Below, one piece after another: positions 34,512 through 46,101 of a DNA stretch of 64,000 bases. A program made the translations under genes and the position numbers. Under the pieces are notes generated by a model, which did no database searches, had not been told where the DNA came from, and saw only the letters and a program-made list of their open reading frames with translations. The number at the start of each line of letters is the position of its first letter. The stretch's first letter is position 1. Origin of the DNA: Ramazzottius varieornatus (lineage: Eukaryota; Animalia; Tardigrada); assembly GCA_001949185.1 (NCBI GenBank), contig BDGG01000001.1:7128685-7192684 (forward strand), in the 5' to 3' direction.

Positions 34512-37500
34512 CTAATATAAGATGTTAGTCAACAAGCGGGAAAACAAAAGCAGCAAAAAAGTTACAGGAACGTGCTTCCGGCTCGAAGTGCCGGAACTGA
34601 CACGAGAAAACAAATGCGAAGTGTGAGACTCGCGTCTTCCTTCACGAGTCTGAGACAGCGCAACGGAATGTAGCAGCTTGGGTGTAACAAATTCCAGGCG
34701 AGTCATTGCGCCAAATCCCGCGGCAGAAATGGCTTGGATATGAACGATGTACTCGGTTTCTTCTTCCAGGCTGGCTATACTGAACGACATCTCATCCTAA
34801 ATAAATTGCCACAGGATTAAAGAAAATGGTTTTTCTTGTAGGATGATATGGCTTACGTCATCAAGCACTTTCATAACGACAGAGTTCCGGTCGATGACGA
34901 GAAATGGATGCATGCCGTAAAGCCCATTGGGTTCGAGCATCTTCCTGGCGTACATGGCCCGATAGCCGATAACGGGCTGATCGGGAGAGGACGGAGCTTC
35001 CCATGAGCAAGTAGCGGCGATGTCGGACTGCTGGACCAGGAAAAGACACGAGACGTTTTCTGGCGTACCCGGAAGTTTTGGTGCTGCAAACGAAACTTCC
35101 GCTCAAGTAGGCTTCGTAATTAAAAACCGATATGTCACATAAAATAGTAAACAAAGGCCGCATCATTTGCGTACCGAGTTTAGGGCAATTTGGATGCAGG
35201 GACCCAACTACAGCCACTTCTTGACAGACAGGCGTCACAAAATGCTTGACACCCCGTAGTCTTTCCACTTTGGTTTTGGACTGTTCGTCCTCCATCTTTT
35301 GGTAGATGGCAACTGCATAGCGGCAGTTGAAGTTGAGATCGTAGATGAGGACGGATGGTGCCACGGTGGTGGTGATTAACGGCTTGATGAGTGGTTGGTC
35401 TTTCGAGCGCTTGTGCTCCCCTCCCAGACAGACCTTTGGGTACCACCTGATAACGTAGTGAACGGGGTTTATGGAAAGGGGGACCCATGACAGGTTTGCT
35501 TTGACCAGTCCATTTTGAAAGAAGATGGCGTTGACGGTAATGTTACTGTCCGTCAGTGGAAGGGACACTCCTTCGTTAGACGTCAGCTTCTGAGAAGGCT
35601 CTGTAATAGAAAGGAAACTGGGGGTGAATTCTGGAGTATAGGCGTTGTCTTGTGGGAAAAACCTGGACGGTCTAAAGTGTGGCTCTTACCTTCACTATAA
35701 CTTTTTCTGAAGGGCGTTCGAATGACCAAAGTGGCTTTAGGACTGCGGACTTTGCGATCATTAATCCAGCGAAAGGCTTGGACATCAATCACAATGTGGA
35801 CATTGGTCAGCAAATGTTCTATTGTGTAGGATGTGAGATCCTGTAAACGAGAGGGGAACATCATTGTCCTATTCGAGGGTTAATTTACCGGTCAAGCAAA
35901 CAGATCAGCCCTTATCACATCTCCCATAAAGCTCTCCAACAAAGGGCCTTTTGACCCGGCTGAAGAGCGAGGTGTGCTAGGATACTTGAGAAAATTAGCA
36001 CCGAGAGATAAAACGCACCCCCTCAATCGTTTTCCTATATTCTTCTTTGGGATTTGTTTGCTCATGCCAAGTGATACGGTATCGGTCGACTGGGGCGAAC
36101 GGAGAGGGACGTTGGAGGGCGTCGTTAGTCGAAGAGGACTTGAGTGGAGGTAGCCAGGAGATTTGGACGTAGGCTTTGCCGTCGGGGTCTATGCCGGACG
36201 TCAATAGGGTTAAGTTGAGAGGAGGATGGAGGAGGCTAGCTGTTTGGTCCTTGTGGGCAGACGAGGAAGTGCCTTGAGATGCCGACGACGATGATGATGG
36301 TGAGAGTTCACTCATCTGTGGAAGAGATGTGGAATTTGTAAAATGCGGTAAAGTACACATCGAGCAATTTCTGTTGATCAGTGGGGCATCTCGGAGAAAA
36401 CACTTCACTCCAAAAAATTCAAATCAAAGTAGTCTTGAAAACGCGCATAGAAAAATGTGGAAAATGTAACCAGTCTTTGGTTTCTAATCATGACAAGTCT
36501 TATTCGTTCGCTACTAATTTTTAATACTTTGATGAATAAAAGCGCATGGTTTGTATTTTTGGACTGGGTTTGCTAGAAAGGGATGGAAGCTAAGCAAAAG
36601 GTATTTTTGCCATGCTGAAGTAAAATTTCGAAATTTCTGTGCGGCATGTCGGTTTTGACAAAGTCCCGCTCAACATTGAGCTGTGGTTTTGCTCCCCGTT
36701 TCACGGCCCGGTTTGGCCTGCGCACTTTGTTGGGAGACATGTGAAGTTGATTGTTTATGGCCGGACATAGTCGACACTGTTCAGTATCATTTGCCATCAA
36801 AGTCTCGATGGTCAGCTTGGTAGAAATGGCTAAAATAAGCCTTGAAGTGCCTTGGTCAATCTGTGTCCACTTAAATATGCCAAAATCCGCCTCTTTGCTA
36901 ATAAATATTGCGTGGTCATGACTCTTGAGCATAATGCAATGGCTATTGGGGCCTATGAAGCCTGAATTGTTATGCTCCATACATTGCAAATTGGATACAG
37001 ACAAACTGTGATTATGAAATGTTACTTATGGATGCTTTGGGTCTGTCTGTGTGGGAGAGAAGCAAAGTGTCTAATCAAAGTAAGCATAAGCAATTCCCGA
37101 TTAAGGACCATTTTATTTCCTACAATGCAACGGACCTTGTCTCTCTGTACCGAAGGGCCTCATCAACATAATATCGCAATATGAGAAAGGCTAATTAACA
37201 TTTGAATAGAGGCAAAAGGGGTCCTTGTCGTTATCCATCTTTGGCCATCGTATCGTCCACGACAAGTTTGACTGTTCAAAGGGCCGGAAAAGGACAAGTT
37301 AAGCTGCCAATTAACGTCAACCCTTCGCACTGAAAATATGCGTAGATATCATAACCCCATCACTATCCCATATATTCCTACTGATGGAATTTCCACTCAT
37401 GCATTAAATTACATATGCGAATCAGGCCAGAAGTTATCGAGATTCCTTCCATATCAACGCGCATAGAATGAGTAATGTATTTTCGGGTGTGAAAATTGTC

Positions 37501-40500
37501 TTTTTGAATTTACTTCAACATCGTTACGGAATTCAACAGCATACACCGAAGTACGACCGGAACATGGAAACAGATTTTCTCTGAACAAGACAACCGCAAG
37601 GTTATCGTTGTCCGAAAGGTTGATGTTTCGCGGCAGATTCCTGCGGCTGTGAGTCTGCAGATGAAGCCCTTCAATGGATCATATCCACAATATTTCTACA
37701 ATAAGAAAGTTCAGTTCACCGGAGATTCCCAGATGGAGATGAATCACACGGAATACAAATGAGAAAGCTCTGAGATTCATCTAAAATGATATTGGACTGG
37801 TTGCTGATGATTCAGTGATGAACGGTTTTCGTTGTTGATATTGTCAGCCTTTAAAATGGAGCCATACGGACAGTGGTCAAGCCTGGCTGCGCCGCGGAAA
37901 AGTCGCCTGCCGTGATCAATATGTTACGTATTTGCTTTTGCGTAACATTATGAAAATGCAAATGAAAGGGTTGCAAATCCGTGAGGCAGAACCGATCGAG
38001 GCAGTGCAAGGTCAATCGAAGAAGCAGGACATAACTCCCGTCACATTGCGCTTCGCACATTTGACACCTTGTCTCGCAACGAGGAAGAGAGGAAGGGGAC
38101 GGTTGAACCATAAATGCCATCATTTGGGGGTAACAATCAAAATTGTCAATATCGCATCGATTTCGAGGCCCGATGACCAGCTGATTGTCTACGCGAGACA
38201 CTTGATCATGCTCGATGATCAACAAAAAGGCTTGTGCCGAGTTGAAACTTGAGACATCTTCGAGACTAGCCTATGACTACTGGCAGGATCAACCAGGTAT
38301 TTAGAAGTGCACGTGTTGATGCGAGCGATACGTGTCGCGTGATACCGGCTGGTACAGTAGGCCGGAGTGTTTTCCATCTTAAATGCGACATGTTTACAAA
38401 CAGGCCCATCACCTGAGTACCATCTTGAACTGTGCCATGACAGCTTAGCAAAGATCAACCGCAGACAGGCGTCGCTGTCAAGAGCCAGTAACAAGACGAT
38501 AGGCATCAATTAGCCGGAACGTGCCATCCATTCTAATCTCCTGAGGACAAGCTTCCTTATCCTCGGATAAGACGATTAGACCTTCAGTGATACCTTTGTT
38601 CTGTATATCCGTAGATGGCTTTCCCTTAAGCTTTTTTACAAGTTTGAACGATCGTTTCTCGGACGGTAGTCGAAAGGTACAGAAGCCGGTAGATCGAACT
38701 TTGCACACCCTAGAGACGGCATGCGGAAAATTGGGCGGCAGAAACTCAACTGGAACTCGATTCCACAGAACACAAAATTTAGGAAGATTTCTCTTATTCT
38801 CAGCTCGACAAGTTGAACCTGGATGTGGTGCATATGTTATTGTGTTTCTAACCGCAGATCAGACCTTTCTGCGACGTGGCACAGCTGCTTTCATATCAGC
38901 CTCTTCTGCTTCCGAGCAGTTGTAAGATATTGTAGCGGCTTCCAATCCAGGAACAATGGTCGATGAAGTTTGTGCATGTGCAGGAAGTGTTTTAACCAAC
39001 CGCCCGTACAAGATGGAAGACAAAAGGGTACAAAGCGGTCTCGAGTTAAAATAACAAAGCTGTAGAAGCAGCTTCATTGTTCAACATGAAGGACAATTTA
39101 CACAGGAGCCGATTCTGTGTAAATTAATAATTGCCAACACGTTTCACAAATTTACAATGCAAGCCCAAAAGGCCGAAAAAGATCACGTCCACTTTTAAAC
39201 GAGGCATTGTTCAGTCTTCGATCAGGACAATTTCATTTGCTCTTACCCTCTGTTTCTTAATTCCCCTATGATTACACAGGCGGAAAAAGTTACTAGGAGC
39301 ACAAAAGAGGCCGCTCTTTCCCCATTTTACATTTTGTGGAACAGCTGGCGCATTTTCTATATAGAGAAGTGATCCATTGAGTCGACGCGGTAAAATGTTT
39401 GTCCGACTGTTTCAATATGGTTGGAAAGTGTGGAAGTAGTAAAGGAGGTTATGCATGGTTTGGGGGGACAACATATGTTTATGGTCAACTGAGTTTCCGC
39501 ACGTCCGGCCAACAAAGATTGTCCTGCGCCATCCTTTGTAAACACTTTCAGACCTTCCTCACGTCTTGTATATTAATGTCTGTTGATACATCTTGGTTTC
39601 ATGATAAAGAGACAATAAATGTCCCTTATCGCGCTCGACGCAAAGAAGGCTCTAATGGCTTTCGCCTGTTTCCACAATCTTTCTTATGCATGCCGGCTCC
39701 GGCCTGTTGTGCGCCGGCTGATGGAGGAGGAGGAGGGGAAGGAAGCGAGAAGGATGGAAAGTGGCGAAAGCAAGCAAAGGACTCTTTGATATATAGGTGC
39801 AAGCATTTGTTCAAATATAGACATACACAATTGGCTAGCAATATACTTCTTTCAAGGGCGACTGCACAGGGTCAAGTTGGTCAAGAGACTGTACTTTCAG
39901 TTTTGTATAAAATTGAGCGGTTCCAACAAGGAAGTGCAAGTTTGTGGTAACTTTCGCTCGAAATCTTTCAGTCCAACTTGATATTTTCAGCTGAGGCTGT
40001 TTTTGTTTGCTTAGGCTGGTTTCAACATTGGCTATTCTGGAATAAGAAATGAGCGGAAGTTATTCGGCTGATTCGATCAAATGTCGGCCATTGGGCTTCT
40101 CTATCCTTCTTGACATAATACTTTGTAAAGCGACGGGGTGGTTCACAACTTATGAAACAGATTAGTTGTTTTGCTCGCAAGTTGGAAACAAAATTCCCCA
40201 TAGCAAATAAGCAGAACGGAACTGGATTCCAACAGTGTCCGGCACACTGTGAACCGTTATAATTGCTGTCGTCCGAAAATATCGCACAAATGCCACCTTG
40301 TATTGAAAACTGGATTGCTCTAGAATGCCTGAACTTAATGTTGATTTTTGTGCAGTAGGGAAAGAACTTTAAGGGCCTGAAGTATGACCGCAAGAGTGAA
40401 GCCTGTTTGCTATTGAGACGGTGTCAATTGACGATGGGCCACAAATATTTGACTGAACTGATGCATTCTGCAAAGATCTGCGCCACTCTTTCACGCTAAA

Positions 40501-41144
40501 AGAAATATTCAAGTGCACGATCAGAAAGACATGGATGACGGTGATGATGGATGTCTTCATCTCACTCCAGAGCAATATTTAGCCTACAGTACAAGTTTCA
40601 TAACAGTCGAGGATACTTTGCGTAAGACTGGGCTGGTTATTTTCCACTCTGCACTGTTGAGAAACATAATCTGGCACCTGTCAGCTAACGCAAGCCCGTC
40701 AAAACAAAACATCGACCTCGTCCATCTTGGAATTTTCTTGCGGTAGCAAAATCAGGCAAATGGGGCGCTGTGAAGTATTCTGAATACTCAAAATATGCGG
40801 TCAACATTTTGTTGCTGTCAAACTTTCGCTCGGTACCGGAAACACTGTTACCCCTGCAAGAGTTCGCTCTTGCTTGTCGAACGGTTTCAGGGAACAACGC
40901 GCGATGGTACTGGTTCTTTTTATTCTGCTTGCCCGTTTTCCAATTTCAAAGAGGTGTTTCATATGGGGGAATAACTTACCGGTGGATCAGCCATGTGAAA
41001 CAGGGCGTTGTCCCGTGAGAGAATGGTTGTCGTTGCGAGTGCCTCAGACGAGCCACTCAGCCGGAAAATCTCCTGGATAGGCGACGCAATCGATCTCTCA
41101 ACAAGCAATACATGGAATATGCACAGGAATATCAAGGTGGACAT
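34512..41144 (-). CDS. ANOS1: Anosmin-1/KAL-1-like extracellular FN3 protein; 3' exons confident (~36020-36316, 35695-35841, 35176-35577, 34858-35085, 34512-34796), 5' exons uncertain
   Basis: PPLNLTL..DGKAYVQISW..PVDRYRITW; IDVQAFRW..RKVRSPKATL; VHYVIRWYPKVC...IYDLNFNCRYAV...FVTPVC...PNC, all anosmin-type FN3 signatures; hydrophobic C-terminus; candidate signal-peptide exon MSTLIFLCIFHVLLVERSIA at 41144 (its linkage to this gene is inferred). Confidence 0.75.
38256..38299 (-). rRNA. 44-nt fragment of the 5' end of 18S rRNA (non-functional insertion)
   Basis: Reverse complement reads TACCTGGTTGATCCTGCCAGTAGTCATAGGCTAGTCTCGAAGAT, 3 differences from the typical eukaryotic 18S start; similarity stops abruptly. 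Confidence 0.85.
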
Positions 41145-42391
41145 GATTATGCAGTGAGAATCGGACGTAGTTGCAGCAAGGCTCACAGTCACACTCGAAA
41201 TTAATCAGCCTTCAACTTGAACACAAAGAAGATTCTGAGAGAGGCATAAACTAACATTTTCTGGGTTGGTGGATGATTTAATACGTCGAGGAAGAGTGAG
41301 AAAATTTTAGAGCGTCAAAAAAACTGGAACGCTGGGAAAATATACAATTTGGTGAAAAATGGGCCGAAAATCGAGGATGGCTTGAGGCACTCTGTCCAAA
41401 TGGTCCATCCGAATGGATCCGGTCTTAAGCAGGGCGATTATGGCCAGGAAGAAAAAGCGAATGCTACGTAAACGATGCAGCCGCCGAGATGTAATGTTTA
41501 TTCGTTCCGCCGCGTTGGACTGTGGAATATGATGGTACGATGAGGAAATTTGATATGACGTCGTTTAGTCCAGAGTGGTGACGAGGCGGTCTGAAGGCGT
41601 CTTGGAGTATCCATCCGGAAATGCGGAACAGTTCAAGAACGAGGAGGAGCTGTTCGTCCGTGGTGACATGTTATTCGAGCGGGGTAACACACATCGGTAA
41701 CGTTATTTCGGTCGGGCATACTGCAGATGTCTAACAGAACGTTATCGCTGTACGTACGCATCGTACCGTACAGCGTGCACGCAGCAACACAGAACTGCTG
41801 GCGGCCAACTCGTATAGCCACTTTTAATTCAAAACGCCGCCGTGCCCGCCGCGATTGCATGTATATGGTCCGTATCAGACCAGTACTGTACGGCGGCGTG
41901 CGTTTCTGTGCTAGCAAGCACAGCGCACAGACCACGTTGCCAACAATTTAGGCATGTTGCACTGAGAGAAAAGGCCGGAAGAGCTTGCCAGACTGCTGTG
42001 TGAGTCAGCAGTTTGCGGCAGTATGAAAAGGTCTTCCGCGCATTAGTCCAAACACTGCGAGCATGTATCAGTCAGAGCGATCAAACGATCGCATACGAGC
42101 TCGTGTACGTCACCCCCTGTCAGGCGTGCTGATACGTCACGTTCTGAACAGCCAGTCAAAAACTGAGCCTAATAAAACCGGCTATACCAACTCGGTCCTC
42201 GCTCGTGCTATCACGTGCAAGCACCGAACCACTGGCCACCGGTCAAGGCTAAGATAGCTGAGAGCTCAGGTTAGGTGGCGCCACCAGCATCGGGACGGTA
42301 GCTGTTTGTGCAAGTCTGTTCTGCCTGGCATCGTTAGGCTTTTTGGTTGATACCCAGCTCAGACTTCGGGATGGTCCTTGGTACGATTGTA

Positions 42392-42527
42392 CAGTGAACA
42401 AAATGCATCCTCGTTGGCTCAAAATTTCGGATAGTTTATTGGCCGGTAAGCCACGGACCTTTGCGGTACTCTTGTGGACTCAACTGTTAACCAAAATTTG
42501 AGCCAGTTGGATACCTTTTGTACACTG
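42392..42527. mobile_element. Tc1-like MITE (136 bp)
   Basis: TA|cagtgaacaaaatgcatcc..ttggctcaaaattt ... aaatttgagcca..ggataccttttgtacactg|TA. Confidence 0.7.
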
Positions 42528-43263
42528 TAGCTGTGTGTCGGATTAGTGACCTCTGGACCTGCCCTGGTGCGCCATAAAAGCGTAATGACATCTCGGGACT
42601 CCGACAGAATTTACCGTGCAGACGAAGGACGTGTAGGATCAGATACTACCGTAACGAGTGGGCTGGCTATACTTCCAGCTCCGCTCCTTTCTACTTATAT
42701 GATCAGGTGATCGTTTCCAAAAATCAGCAAATTCGTAAATTCCATTTCCTCAAATTCTGAAATACGAGATGCACCGTTTAGCACTTAAATATTGATTAAT
42801 ACATCGGGAACAACCATTAACATGAATAAGAAAAGTGGTTTCGACGTATAGTTGTGGAATCCGTGCACTGTTAGCTGATTTTAAGATGCAATTTCTAATC
42901 CGGCCTGAGGATTGAAATAGGGGTTCAGCATGAAGCGAGCTTCAGCGAAACATCGAACGTCAGGTGACACAGGTGGTCCACCTTGCCGGGCACTTTTGTT
43001 TGTGTCGTCAAGCGATGAAATATATTCAGTTATTTGCAGACCGCGCGGATTGTAAACTTATCCGTTCCGAATTCAAAATTGAGAACATCATCAGTTATCT
43101 CGGAAACACTTCAACAGGAAATTGGTCGTCAAACGAATTTAATAATTCATGATACGGTTTCGTACTACAGTACAGTATATTGTATATAAACAGTCTTCCT
43201 TTACCGAGGTCGTCGTTTCAGTGTGTGGTTGTTCTGCGCTTGAATCTGAACTACACGTCAAAA

Positions 43264-46101
43264 ATGATTTTCGCAATTTGGTTGGTATTGGCCTTTTGTG
43301 GTAAGTGTTCCAATTATGCCGTTCTTATTTGGCCAGTTATAGACGCCGCACCGGTTCTACATACTCAGAAAAACGTTGCTTTTCTCCAGGGGGAAAGGTC
43401 CTCTCGACCTACTGCGTGCCCAAGTCTTCTCCGTATGATCCCGCCAACCTAGACACGTACCCCCTGGGTATCCAAAACCCGCCCACCTACCAGACCACCA
43501 CCGCAGCTTTGATAGACACCAGTGTCCAAGCAGTCAAGGACTACATCGTTGATAAGCACAACTGTCTCCGCACACTCATTACTCCAACGGCTGCCAACAT
43601 GCTCGAAATGGTGTGGAACAACGAGGTTGCTGCGGGAGCTCAGCAGCATGCCGACAACTGTGTTTTCGCGCACAACAGTCCTTCTAACCGGTCCACCTCA
43701 CGTAAGCACTCTGTTTACGTTACCTTCCGAATTGTTCGAAAGCACTTGCGAATGTGAATGTTGGTCAATCTGTAGAGTGGAGCATGGGTGGCCAGAATCT
43801 GTTCCAGGTAAGTGTTGGGTCAAGCAGCAGGCCGCATGTTCAAGGTCCAGTTAGTCGGACGTAGTCTGTGCTCTAGAATGGAGGTACCATACCGATGACA
43901 TGGAGAAACGCAATCGACGCCTGGTTTAACGAAGTTTATTCGTGTACTGATGGTACCGCAACAAGCTGCACCACTGGCGCCGTCATCGGTCACTACACAC
44001 AGGTACGGTGCACTGGAACTCACGGGGTCGAAATCTGAAAATGGCCATCGTGTTATTTACAACAGGTGGCGTGGGCCAAATCTTGGCAAATTGGATGCGG
44101 TGCCCGGATCTGCGCTGGCACTGTCCTCTTCGTGTGCAACTACAACCCATTGTACGTGGTACACAATATCGCTTGTAACTTGACCTGTTACTCATCAAAT
44201 CCTTCCAACACACGTACGGCGGGATGTATAGACCCACACACTGTATCCTGATGTATCCCATGTTGCTTTTACAGAGGAAACTACAATCAGCCCATTGAAC
44301 CTGTCTACCAAACTGGACCACCGTGCGGTGCATGTCCCTCATACTGCAAGGAGGGTAAACTGTGCAGTAAGTGCTCGTTTCCTTCTTAAAACTCCCGTTG
44401 ATCGAAAACACATCGCCCATCTGGCACTGAGTCTTCCAAGCACGCTACTCTCTATCCTTTGTAGCAAATCACTGCAACTATTTCGACGCGTACACCAACT
44501 GCCCTACTCTGACAGCTGGGCCTGGCGGGTGTACCCTCGGTACCGGCCCTAATGCTGCTAATTGCGCTGCCACCTGCAAGTGCGGGAGAAACGATGGGCT
44601 GACCGACTTCCCTGACACCACCACCGCTCCGCCGACAACCACTCCGCTCCCGACGTCGACCACACCGCCACCTACCTCAACCACACCGCCACCTACCTCA
44701 ACCACACCGCCACCTACCTCAACCACACCGCCACCTACCTCAACCACACCGCCACCTACCTCAACCACACCGCCACCTACCTCAACCACACCGCCACCTA
44801 CCTCAACCACACCGCCACCTACCTCAACCACACCGCCACCTACCTCAACCACACCGCCACCTACCTCAACCACACCGCCACCTACCTCAACCACATCGCC
44901 ACCTACCTCAACCACACCGCCACCTACCTCTGCACCATGTCTCAGTCAAAGCACCACCGGAGCTCCCACGGGCTCTGGTCGACCCAACTGTTATAACCGT
45001 TGCGATGCCACGTTCTGTGCTGACAAGGGTACTGGAATAACCTACCACGAGATCAGCCCTTGCAGTCGCAACTACTGTAGATGCAGTAATATGGTGCCTA
45101 CCTACCTGTCGTGCGCCTCCGGCAAGTACTTTGATGGTTCCGTCCCACTGGGACCGCAAACGTGTCATGTCGGTAACGCCACGTGGTGTCCCCCGTCCGG
45201 TGGTCTTAGCGGTCCCCCACCGCTAACTTCGGCTCAGGTGGCACCATTCTGTAACGCGGCCAACTGCGCAGCTCGTAACGGGCAGAACACGTACTACGCT
45301 CTGGATTGCTGCAGTCGTCAGTGGTGTTACTGCTACCCTAACGGTACGCAGGTTGTGCAAACTTGTCCAAGCGGCATGTACTTTGACCATCGTTCTGAAT
45401 GGTCACAGTGCAGAAACTCGACTTCTCTTGAATTCTGCCCAACCACTTTCACCACCACGACAGCAGCTGTTCCCCCGACCTGCGCAACTGCGGCACCATC
45501 AAGTACCACCGTAGCACCGGTACCATCCACGACGCCCCCGGTAACTTCAAGCAGTACGCCAATAAACACGCCGCCAGCACCCACCCCGCCACCAACTGTA
45601 ACCACCACTCCCCAACCAACAAGTACTTCACCCACCCCAACACCCAATGTGCGACCACAATGTTATAGCCGTTGTGACGCTACCTTCTGCAGTGGAAAAG
45701 CCCCAAAGTACTACGCTCCCGTCCCTTGTAGCCGTAATTTATGCTACTGCAATAGTACAGTATCCCTCATGTACGGATGTGGTACCGGACAATACTTTGA
45801 TGAGACGAGCCAGACATGCCGAACTCCCAGCGCCTCCTTCTGTCCGTCTACCGGAAACCCGTCGGCACCGGCACCGCAACTGCTGTCCGCCGTCCAGGGA
45901 ATGTGTAGCGCACAAAACTGCGCTGATCGGTTGGGAGCCAACACCTTCTACCCCCTGGAGTGTTGCAGCCCCTACTGGTGTTACTGTTACGCCAATGGCA
46001 CTCGGACCATCCAGACTTGTCCGTCTGGATATTACTTTGATTTTCGCCCAGAGTGGGTGCAGTGCCGACCTATCGCCAACTTTGAATTTTGCGCTCAGTA
46101 G
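43264..46101 (+). CDS. Secreted CRISP-type protein (CAP domain + hinge + ShKT-like domain) fused to a Thr/Pro mucin tract and four chitin-binding type-2-like Cys-rich modules; exons 43264-43300, 43390-43701, 43776-43807, 43877-44002, 44066-44151, 44275-44366, 44465-46101
   Basis: Signal peptide MIFAIWLVLAFC; HN.LR..PTAANMLEMVWNNEVA, GQNL, AIDAWFNE, GHYTQVAWA...IGCG, VCNY.P.GN, GPPCGACPSYC..KLC, C..CAATCKC; CPSG.YFD....C modules. Confidence 0.9.
44659..44931 (+). repeat. Coding tandem repeat, 13 x 21 bp (accacaccgccacctacctca = TTPPPTS)
   Basis: Near-perfect units read directly from the sequence. Confidence 0.95.

Noticed and set aside
44478-44915. 145-aa VEVGGGV repeat ORF
   Set aside because: Antisense shadow of the TTPPPTS coding repeat
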